A stretch of DNA of 20,000 bases, taken from NCBI GenBank assembly GCA_000934665.2, contig KZ538061.1, forward strand, positions 117,077 to 137,076, written 5' to 3'. The notes under the pieces are model-generated. The model saw only the letters and a list, made by a program, of their open reading frames with translations, did no database searches and had not been told where the DNA came from. Source of the DNA: Catajapyx aquilonaris (Eukaryota). This document shows positions 1 to 10,276 of the stretch, one piece after another; position 1 is the first letter of the stretch; each line of letters begins with the position of its first letter. A program made the position numbers and the translations under genes.

Positions 1-1745
1 TGACTTATTTTAAAGTTTTTATAGCTTGATTTTATAGTGATTGGTAAAAATTATAATATTCAAAATTATTACGATATGTTTTTAAGAAAGAGAAACTACA
101 GGAGTGCAAAAATTATGGGCGCGTGCGTACCATTTTTACAAGATATAATCTTAATTGAAATGAATATGTGCTTTATTATGAGTTTATGACTGTGTTTAAA
201 ATTAAGCCAAGAAATGAAATAGTATTGTAGTGAATTTCTGGGATCTCATCAGGAAATGCTTGTACGTTATGGGTTTTGATTTCATGTTACGTATGTTTGT
301 ATAAGTTTTCAGTGCAATACCTCTATATGATCAAAGTCTAGGAATGTAACGTGTGCACCGCTATAGTCAATAATAATGCCGTGTTTAAGCGTGAGAGGCC
401 GCCTTTTCTTGACGAGAAAGTAAAATTTTAATATGCCTAATCTAAGAGTCATCTAAGTTAGTCATGGAATTGTGTAATATCAAATCCTTCGGTCAGGGTA
501 CCTAGAATCCCTCCACATAAAAATGGGCTAAACAATATGAATGCTAATTGCAATCAATCACATTTGCCTCACAATGGAGTTCTCATTTCGACCTTTATTA
601 TGTTACAGTGTATTGGCCTGTTACACAACAGGGGAGAGTAATGTAAAGACTAATGATTATTAAATTATTGTTGTTATATCAAGCAGACGTATAAATTACT
701 GGAGTAATTAATTATGAACCAGATGTAATATTTGGAAGGCCATTAATGCACAATGGTTTTGAGTGGAAAATCTCTCATAAAGACAACGGAAAGGCACTTT
801 TCCTTGCACATATGCAACCCTTCACACTCATCCCAATGGAAAGCTGTATCCTAGAACGTATGTAACCGTTCTGGCATTAAACCTAACCTGTTTTGAGCGT
901 GGTAATAACTGTTTTAAAATGTTTTATCAACTCTAATAATTATTTTCACTGATCTGTAGCGTGTAACTTAAGGTGTAACTGCTCATTGCTCTATGAAAAT
1001 GAAATACTACTTACAATATAAAAAAATTCGTACACAGTTCAAAGAATTCAATTATTCTGCCAACACATATACGTGGTCATACCTGGTCACACGTTTTGGC
1101 TCACCTCTTCAACAAACCGGAGGTCAACTTTTTTGTGATGATTTTTCTGGTTTGGTTTACACGTGTCCGTTGTACAGGATATACTAGATTCCAATGTCTC
1201 GTAACCGGTAAAAATGACGCAATTTCTATGCCTTCTGCATTCTCAATTCCGGAATTTACTTATCTGGGAAGGTAGGCCATTTCTTAAAAGTCTTCTCGAG
1301 TTCATTCTTACACACTTACCTGTTACGAGGTCAATGCCAAGGATATTACACTTTTTTTTTACCTGTCAGCTCAGGGTCAAGGTAAGAAAGATGACGTCCA
1401 CGTTATCCCAGTCTTCATCCTGATTTATGGTACGGAGGCTACTAAACTCAAGTGCACTGAAATGAAACGGGTTAGGATTTACGCCTACTGTACTACCCTT
1501 TTTTTAAGGTCGGCTTTATTCACCCTCTTGTAAACCCCACAAAGTAAAACGCAGTACGTTACAAAAAACAGAGACTTTACTGGGGACGAATTTGGCAACA
1601 ATATACAGGATTCTTCTAGTACGGTTCAAATCGCAACAGTAATATACACCTCTCTTGTTACCTTCCGGGTACAATAAATTATCTTTTGGATATCCGTGGA
1701 GGGCGGAATAAATTAGAGCCAGGGTTGCCATCAAGTATGGGTCCA

Positions 1746-2453
1746 TCACGTCTGACGCCACTTTTTGCCTCCACCGCCGTGACCGTGACCTCCGCCTCCC
1801 TTCTTGCCACCCTTTTTGTTGCCCTTGCCCTTGTTCTTCTTCTTGTTCTTCTTCCTCTTCTGCTTCTGGGCCTTCTTGCCGTAAACTCCCTTGTAGGTGT
1901 GTCCCTTCACGCCCCAGCCATATGGACCTTTGCTCTTGTGGCTGTACACCGGGTAGTGACCTCCTCCGCCACCGTGACCTCCGCCGCCGCCGCCGCCTCC
2001 GTACCTACAAATGCAGTCAGTAGCAAATTGCATTTGTTGCAAAAAAATCCATGCTCACTTACTTAACAACAATAGGACGCCACCACATCCAGTCGGCGGT
2101 GTCCAAATCTGTCTCCAACTCTTCCTTTTCGCCATCTCGCTGACCCCATGCTATCGTCGCCAGGACGATCAGCAAGGAGCCAAGGAGCTGTGTGAACAAA
2201 TAATAAAAAAACAGCAAGTTAACATCTGACCTAACTGGCAATTGACCAACTGTACCGTTACAGTTAGCACTCACTGCCAAATTTTTTTCGCAAAATTTAA
2301 TTTTAAAAATAAATTGCGAGATAGGCAACAATTTAACACCAAACTACAAAAAATTAAGTCCACGCACTAATTTTTGCACGATGGTTTCCATAAATACACG
2401 CGCGATATCACTGTTCCTGCTTGTGGTCACCAACTTACCACCAGTCTCATCAT
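1746..2453 (-). CDS. Small secreted Gly/His/Lys-rich cationic protein, 132 aa, 3 coding exons (cluster gene A)
   Basis: Exons 2453-2439 (MMRLV|GTAAGT), 2187-2063 (cacag|LLGSLLIVLATIAWGQRDGEKEELETDLDTADWMWWRPIVV, AA|GTAAGT) and 2004-1746 (tgtag|G, YGGGG...KKWRQT*). Phases 0 and 2 join in frame. Hydrophobic signal peptide, upstream TATA, minus-strand AATAAA at 1520-1515. Confidence 0.85.
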
Positions 2454-2591
2454 GTTTTCTCAGCTAGTCCTCCCCACAACCACTGGCCCAAATGGTAGTG
2501 TCCCCCACAACTGATGTAATCCCACAAAGCTCCTCAGGTTCCCCGTTGGACACCGGAGGAGATACGCCGGCAACAGCCCCCAACAACAGCC

Positions 2592-2600
2592 TTATATATA
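2592..2600 (-). promoter_or_regulatory. TATA box of gene A
   Basis: TATATATAA on the minus strand, about 140 nt upstream of the ATG at 2453. Confidence 0.55.
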
Positions 2601-5515
2601 CCTTCCTCTTCACCCCCCGAGACACGCCAAGAAACAAGAATCGCAGACTTGATAATTCATCTGAACGTGAGGCCGAGACTTCCGGAATTGGTGGAATGTT
2701 TCACGCGCGAATCTTTCCCATGAACCGTTAATAAAACGCATGTAGGTGGGGATTACTAAAGGGGAGGGGTCCAATTCCTATCAATTTTTTAGGGGGGTCT
2801 TAGAGCAAGTCTAAAGGGCGCGAAGTTTAAGTCCCGCATATTGTTGAGGATATAGTTTTTTTTTTATGTCTTCGGCTCTTTTTTTCTCCACCCTCCCACC
2901 TCTTACATCGTTTTGACCTATTGGGTTCGTCGTCGTTCTGAAAAAAGAAGAAAAAAAAGGGCCAGCCAATGATGAGGTTGGATGTTTAGCGGGGTCGTGG
3001 AGTCTCCTGCAGGAAACCGCTTGCTTCCTGGAGTCAATGGCCTCAACTGTGGTGGTTGGTGCCTTCCAGATGCCAGCTGGCTGGATGGCCCAGACCTTGC
3101 TCCAAGGACCAATGCTCCCTGGGTTCATGTCCAGTCTCACCCTGTTTGCCTCCCCCGAAGACATCACACGAGCTGACCATTACGACGTGGAGGCCGCGCT
3201 GAGGTCATCCGCACCCACGCCACGTCTTGCGGCTTTTCCGACGCACAACTTGCGCCATTAGTGCGGCACTCTTTGTGAATCACGTGCGATGGGGCTTATT
3301 AGAGGGGGGAACGTAATAATTTGCAATCAACTGAGACTGTCAATTGCCATTTTTGATGGATGTCGTCAAACCAAAATGGTACATCCAGATGTGGGTGCAG
3401 CAATGTTTACAATGCATAATCCGATGTAATAAGACAAAAACCGGTCTTTAGTACAGTAGTTGCTATTAACTTTGGTTTTAAGGTGACGACTGATCTTTAG
3501 TCGGGATCTTTGTTGCCATCAGCATCAATTTGTAGAAGCAATGAAACTAGTTGGAATGACAAATATGGCAGGGTTTACTGCATGTTTAGCTACTAAGTAG
3601 CGTTGATCTCGTGACTTTAGATCATAGAATAATATTAATGCTTTCCCGGATTTGTTGGCTTTCTTTTTCAAACCAAAGTCGTGCATGTCATCAAGGCTAC
3701 CGGAATGACCCATTTCCAATGCCCTGAGGAGCAACATTAAGCTATTTTTTTGAATCCTTTTGCTACCTGAATCCGTTCAGCCTAAATAGTCTTCCAGCTA
3801 CGATATAACCTGAAAAAGAGGCGAACTTAGAATGATTACACTGATGCAGTTATTGTGATGTGCGTAGGGTTTTTTTAACTGTTTATTCGTTGAATAGCTC
3901 CATACATTTTTATTATCGAGTTTGATTTTCAATCAATTCCTAGAATGCAAGTGCATCTCTGGGAATAAACTGGTTCAATAAAGGTTCAACTTCTTGAGGT
4001 TTTCATTTGGTGATGATGGTGTGTATATAAAAGAGCAATCAGCAATCAAAATAGTTGTGCCTCAATTTCCAAAAACATCGGGATTGCCTCAATGATTGAC
4101 TGATGTCTGATTAATTAAAGTACCAAAATTCACTTACATCCTTCATGCAAACTGTGATGATGGAAACACTAAACTACTGGTCATGAAATCTGAAGCCGAA
4201 TTGAAAATAAAATCTCCTTACATTTGTTTAGTATGGAATAAGTTGAGAAGAGAGGACTTCGTACCTCTCTATTTTCATAAAAATTCAGCAAAAATTGCAA
4301 AAATGTTTGCACCACAAACAAAAAACTACATCAACCATTCCATCGTGACAATGCTAAGAAACAACGAAACTCCATAATTTGACTGATAATACGCAACATT
4401 CCATCCTCCTGGAGCATGTCTGATGTCATCCAATTCTCCCGCCGATAATGCATGACATCTTCCGTTTTTTTTCTGCCCTGCTGGGAAACCGGAGAAGAAG
4501 AAACCACACCTCGAAAATGATGCATCCCCGAGGCTACCAAGCCTCATTAGAACCTCGCCATTGCAAGAGTTCAAGGCAGTAAAACTATGCATCCTCAGCG
4601 GTATTATCAAGCAATGCAGCAGGCAATGACTTTACAGCTTTTGACAACAGGAAATGCTGCCCCAATAGTTTTACGATGTCATATAGAATGTGTCACACTT
4701 TTTTTTTTTTACTATTTCGATTCCCTTTTCTAGGTATGGAAAATAACCTAAGACAATATAATTCATGAAAAAAAGGAGGAGCTATAATAGAAAATTCGTC
4801 CACTTTTCCTTCATACATGTATTCGGGGCAGCATGTCACTAGCTTACATTATGTCCTTTTCAGGAATAACAAAAGGAGGACTCTTTGATATCCGTTTTTC
4901 TACTGAAGCAGTAGCTGGAACCTTGACCGTTGTGCTGGACTGGTTCTTGGAACACACACAACAAACCGGATCCTCAAACACCACCGAGACTTGCACGTGC
5001 AGTGAATTGGGAATGGATTGGAAAAAATTCCGATACATGTTAACACCCGTTGAAAAGTGATGCCTTTCGTTAAGACCCGTCGTAAAACCCGGTTGTACTA
5101 TCAGGTACAGGGCTTGAAACCTAAGCAATATCTGACCTCCGCATTACTTGGCACGAGGTCATCTGGAAGGCTAATACGGATCCATCCCACTTTTGTGATA
5201 AGCTCTTTTTTATTCTAACACCCAAAGTATTTCAGTAGGCTGCAGTTCCTGGAGAAATGTAGGTCCACGTCAAACACTCCTCTTAACCCAATTTTTGATC
5301 TCGTTACTGGTGCTGGAATGGTGTGAATTACCATGCTTTTTTTGATACAAATATGGAGTCTCCCTCGAAGCAACTTTTACTTTCGAGCTGGTGCCATGTG
5401 GATGCTAAAATTAGATACCGGCTCTGCAAGTTTACTTAGGGCTTGAAAGGGAAATGACAAAAGTAAAAGTCACTTGGTATATAAATGTTTATTCTTTCAC
5501 ATACAAAAAGTGTGG

Positions 5516-5853
5516 TTAGCGGCCAAAGAACGGATAGGGAAATCTGCAACAAAAATTGGTGTCGAATTAGACTTTAAAAAATGTTTTCAAAACAGGATTT
5601 AGGTTGGGGAAAATATCAAGCTGAACAAACCCTCCTCCGTAGATGCTGATACCAACAGGGAATATTAGAAATTCTGATTCTTGCATTGTTTCCTTTTCCT
5701 CCGCCGCAACTAATGCGACCAGAAGGCTCAGGCAGTAAAGAAGCTGCACAAGTATAAGTTAAATTACTTCAAATAATTTTTTTAAATGTAAATGTCGGAG
5801 TGTATGCACAGTATTTAACTTACGGCAATTGATGCTCTGCAGAGCCTGTCCAT
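5516..5853 (-). CDS. Small secreted peptide precursor, 56 aa, ending in Gly-Arg (cluster gene B)
   Basis: Exons 5853-5824 (MDRLCRASIA|GTAAGT), 5743-5631 (tgcag|LLYCLSLLVALVAAEEKETMQESEFLIFPVGISIYGG, GG|GTTTGT) and 5543-5516 (ttgttgcag|A, FPYPFFGR*). Introns of 80 and 87 nt, phases 0 and 2. AATAAA at 5493-5488. Confidence 0.8.
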
Positions 5854-5895
5854 GGTTTGCTTCTGTTTTGATATATTTTGTCTCTCTCAGACCGC

Positions 5896-5902
5896 TTATA
5901 TA
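5896..5902 (-). promoter_or_regulatory. TATA box of gene B
   Basis: TATATAA about 45 nt upstream of the ATG at 5853. Confidence 0.6.
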
Positions 5903-7495
5903 GTCATTTGGAAGGCCAGATTTTTCGGGTTGTTTTTGGTTTTTGGAACCCAACTTTCGAAATATTGCGACATATACAAGCCTTGGTGCAATACTGAAAT
6001 TGACTCAACTGATAAATGTTGTGATGAGTCGGGTCCAAGACACATATTTGTGTTACTGGAGCAAAAATGAAACATTTATGCGTAATGAATATTTCATAGT
6101 AACCACTCCTTGGATATAGCGAGGAAACGCCACGCAGTCGCCGGAAAACACCTAACGTCACTTGCACCTGGAAAACCTGCTTTGTGGAATTTTTGGGCTG
6201 TATACAACCGTAGGCCTTGCTTAGGATGTTGGTAGCAAGTTTTTCTGGAATAAAAGTAGCTGTGATTTGCTGGGTCTTGAGAGACTTTTACTATCGCCAT
6301 TTTCAAGTCTTGCATTGGAGAAGGCATGCAGGATGAGCTATAAAGACACCATCAACCTAACGTGATCACTGATCGTTCCACGTGCATATTTCAACACTGC
6401 GAATTAATTATGTCCACATTTTCAAATCGATTCTAATTTCCATAAACTGTTGCAATTAAATCTCACAAAACTATGATTTTTATTGCAGAAATTTTATTAC
6501 TGTGGCAGAATATCAAGGGAGGTACTTAGGCCTACCTCATGCAAACGAATTAATTTGGCCATATTTGCTAAGTAGCGTTGACAGTGGAAAAGTGAATCTC
6601 GTTTAGGTCTGTACTGTCTGAATTTTATGTCAACAGACCAACCTACTTATTGAATACCGTTTTCAAAACAAGTTAGGCTAACGATACGTTGCTGACGTTT
6701 TGCAAAATACAAGTCAGGAAGTAGGCCCACCTGTCTGGAAACGAAGTAATAGGCCTACTCTACACTCCTCAATTATTTTTCACATCATTACGGCTAAATT
6801 CCCCATAATTATTTGGCAATTTTAAAATTTAAAAAAAAAACTGAAGCCCACCTTATATGGAGCCCTTGATGGTCTTGGCACCACACACAACCTTCTCAGC
6901 TGAATAGAATAACTGTGGTCATTTTTATAAAACTGGTAATGTATGGGCAAGTCCTTGTTACTTAGGCAGAGTTTTATATAAGTCGGGCCACAGTCGGGCC
7001 ATGCATCTAACATGTCAAGAGCACACGACACAGGCACGTATTAAGTTCATTCTAAGGCCGTGAGAAAATTACTTTGTTTCTAAAGTGTCTGAACTATTAC
7101 CACTTCGTGACCTCATTACGCCCAAAAGCTACCGTACTAGTAATGGGAGTCATGTGACCTTGTCAATGATGCCGTTAATTATAAATGTAATATGCCACAC
7201 AGAACTCATGATACTGCCAATATTGATTTTAATCCTCCGAAACTAACATTAAAATTGTTCATTATTAAGGTACGTTTGAAAAGGTCGCTATTATGAAACG
7301 TCGTAAGAGTGAGGCCTTCTGAATTGCGATTAATTAAACGAAATAAATCTATATCTAATATTCTATTTTAATGAATGCATAAATTCATTTTTAGTTTCTG
7401 TTATTGAATGCCATCTTTTTATGTGTCATATTTTAAGCCTGCATTTACTATTTTGACTTACGTTTCCTATACATTGTTGACCACACATTTTACAC

Positions 7496-7732
7496 CGACT
7501 TTATAATTGATATATTTAAGGAGGTTGGCCCAGCATTGCCTTCCAACCTCCAAGGATAGGGAAGGAAGGAAGCGGCTGTGGCCTATTATACGGAAGCAAC
7601 CCCGGAATTATCCTAGAAAGACCGTGGAAAACCACAGAAAACCACGGTCAAGGTTGCCGGCCCCGGGATTCGAACCCAGGACCTCCCAATTAGCAGTCGG
7701 ACGCCTTAGCCACTATGCCAACCTGCTTCGGT
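7496..7732 (-). mobile_element. tRNA-derived SINE with 12-bp target-site duplication
   Basis: Minus-strand head ACCGAAGCAGGT-TGGCATAGTGG (A box)...GGTTCGAATCC (B box). Direct repeat CACATTTTACAC at 7484-7495 and 7733-7744. From memory, the body resembles Lm1/Talua-type insect SINEs (not verified). Confidence 0.85.
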
Positions 7733-8241
7733 CACATTTTACACTGAGGGAAACATTGCTTTGTTTTTTTCGGTTTGGTTTTGAGAAGCAACACGAACCA
7801 AATGAACACTGGATTTTCAGAATGATCAGAGGACCTTGTGGTCAAAATTGAGCCTTTCATCAGGTCAGTTATCTATAGAGAAATTCTAGTCTCCCATGGA
7901 TAGTTATTTGAAAAGAATCGATCCCAATAGGAATTATGCAATTTCAAAATTCAAATGGGCTCACGTTGCTATTTAAAATAATTAGTTTATGTTGCAGTAT
8001 TATGTACCATTATGCTATAGTTAGATCGTTCTGCATTTTCAGTATTTAGTTGTGTCGCATCAAGTAATCTCTTATTGTAGATGGACCTGTAAGCAGGAGA
8101 AGTATGTCCGGGAACAAAAATAAGCAAATCTGTACGCCAACAATATTTTATTGGCAAAATCATGGCATGATGAACAGCAAGTGTAAACGTACAAGAAACG
8201 ACAGCAATGAAATAAACAATGAAAGATTGCTTCTGCAAGCG

Positions 8242-8549
8242 TTACCACCACCATCCGCCATAGAATCCGGGGAACAGGCCGAATCCAAATCTGAAATCAG
8301 TGAAATGGGAGTAAGTCCCCGTCCTTCACCCTATGAGCCCCAGTCATTTTGATTATAAGTTATTTACCCCCATGGTCCCCAGAAGGTTTGCGACGTCTCC
8401 ATTTCCTCCTTGTCCTGTTCCTTTGCAGGTGCTGCCATCGCTAAGCACACCACCAGAGCCACCAAAAGAAGAGGCTGCCCAACAATGCTATTTGGTTAAC
8501 AACCTCAAGATTTATTTCTCAATTTTTAACTTACCAGGAAAGCCTTCAT
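8242..8549 (-). CDS. Small secreted Gly/Trp/Phe-rich peptide precursor, 56 aa (cluster gene C)
   Basis: Exons 8549-8535 (MKAFL|GTAAGT), 8474-8368 (ggcag|PLLLVALVVCLAMAAPAKEQDKEEMETSQTFWGPW, GG|GTAAAT) and 8290-8242 (tttcag|A, FGFGLFPGFYGGWWW*). Introns of 60 and 77 nt, phases 0 and 2. AATAAA at 8152-8147. Not present in the ORF track. Confidence 0.85.
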
Positions 8550-8621
8550 GTTGTAATATATTATAGTAAGTTCAAACTGACAGTGCCGAAGACTAGGACC
8601 AGGGTCAGACCACAGGGCCAG

Positions 8622-8628
8622 TTTTATA
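8622..8628 (-). promoter_or_regulatory. TATA box of gene C
   Basis: TATAAAA about 75 nt upstream of the ATG at 8549. Confidence 0.6.
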
Positions 8629-9220
8629 TGGGTGGTCAAGGGTACATTTCACCCGAAACCAAAAACAACATTAAGTAGCTCTATAGTGAAAACAAGTTTT
8701 ATCAGAAATGGCCCTCTTCTAATCCAAATATAGATTGGGAGAAATTGTTGTTTGTAAAGTTCCTGTCTAGAAGCAGGTGTAATTTAGGCATAATATTTTA
8801 ATTGCGACCCTTACCGGCGATACGCTCAAGGAATTTGTCTAATTGCATTTTTGGCCAGATTCCCGTAAATAAAACATACCGGTTGGAGAGCGGATATTGT
8901 TAAAGTATATAACAGGAACGGTTTTTTTTACTATTGTAGTATACTGCTATCTGAACCAACTATGGAACAATCGGATACGTGTCAGGCCAATTTTTAATTG
9001 ACATCACTAGTATTGGTTTCATGTAGGAATTTTTGGTCAATAAATTCAATAACTTGGGCTACATTTTTTGGTACCTTTGTCTCGTTGGATTGGCCTGTGT
9101 GAGGGCAGATGTTTCGACAGAGGCTGACCTAACTGTACCAGTAAGATGGCCAGGAGCAGAGCAAGAACCAAAGACGAAATGGAGGGGTGGGTGGGAGAGA
9201 TGGGGGTGTGGGGGTAGAGA

Positions 9221-9256
9221 AAGAAGAAGAAGAAGAAGAAGAAGAAGAAGAAGAAG
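9221..9256. repeat. (AAG)12 microsatellite
   Basis: Twelve perfect AAG units read directly from the sequence. Confidence 0.95.
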
Positions 9257-10276
9257 AGAAGGAAAAAAAAAGCGAAGTGGGCAAATGTGGAGCGAGACCT
9301 GCTGATGAGGGTCCGAGGCCAAACAGGCCTCCTCTTCATTTATCCGCTACGTGCCCTTCTTTGCTCCTACACCCTGTACATTGCACCTGACACGTCAACC
9401 CATCTTTTTTTTCTTCTGACAAGTTTTCATCTCATTAATCATCAGGATATGTGACGCACTCTCATATGAGAAGGACTGTACAGTACCTCTTGTAAGGGCT
9501 TAATCAGGCTTACAGTTAGTTAAGTTGAAATAAATTTACGAACTGTGATGTGGATGACCTCCTGGCCAGACTCATCTGGTGAGAGGTCAGTCTTTTCTCA
9601 TTCAAGTAAAGTCATTTAAAATTCAAAATCAAGCAGTTATTACATAGTAGCCTAATATTAATTAATATCATATTTTCTCTCTTTACACTCCTTTACTGAC
9701 AATTCTGATGGTGTTGGCACTTTGAATACGTTAGGCACATGATCCAGACGAGCCAATCGTGTAGATGCACGCTTACGCATAGTTTTTCATGTGCACTAAA
9801 TTAATTCAATGATAATAAATGCACGAAGATAACTGCTCACCAAAGCCTAATTCAAACTGTAACCCGCCAGATGCCCCTGCCAACTCCTATCGGGACATTG
9901 CGCGCCATCTACCGTGCAAATGGCCAAACTACATACAGCCAAAGAGGTGCACTATCGCCATCTACCGCCCAACAGACGAGTTAGAATGGAGGCCATTTTA
10001 GTTGACTGCGCGCCAAAAAGTGCTTCCAACACCCTCCGGCAGATGGTGCTGCCAACCCGCTGTGCTACATCCGACCCCGAAATTAAACTGCTCTGCTATT
10101 TCCGCCCCTCCTCTCCTCTTCATCTTTTTCCCAGGCCGAGGAAGCTCGTCTTGTTTTCCCGTCTTCCTTCCTCTGCCCTCCATTACAAGGGAAGGAAAAC
10201 CAGCCCTCGGCCCGCTGCAAAGAAGAAGAGGAGGAGGAGGAGGAGGAAGAGGAGAGAGAGGGCCGGAGAGGGCAGG

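Noticed and set aside
1310..1460. Minus-strand segment with acceptor- and donor-like sites
   Set aside because: All frames I tested contain stops and no coherent gene model results.
1686..2066. 126-aa hydrophobic plus-strand ORF
   Set aside because: Antisense shadow of the Lys/Gly-rich exon of gene A.
2811..3261. GC-richer patch with several overlapping ORFs
   Set aside because: No recognisable motif or consistent splice model on either strand.
3525..4190. Possible minus-strand exons (GYIVAGRLFRLNGF / ALEMGHSGSL...)
   Set aside because: Two exons join in phase, but I found no compatible start exon and no recognisable product.
4326..5128. Short ORFs on both strands
   Set aside because: No domains, signal peptides or supported exon chains.
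7660..7732. tRNA gene
   Set aside because: The acceptor stem does not pair, and the sequence continues into a SINE body bounded by a TSD.
9033..9390. ORFs with poly-R, poly-E, poly-F and poly-L runs
   Set aside because: Translations of the (AAG)12 microsatellite.
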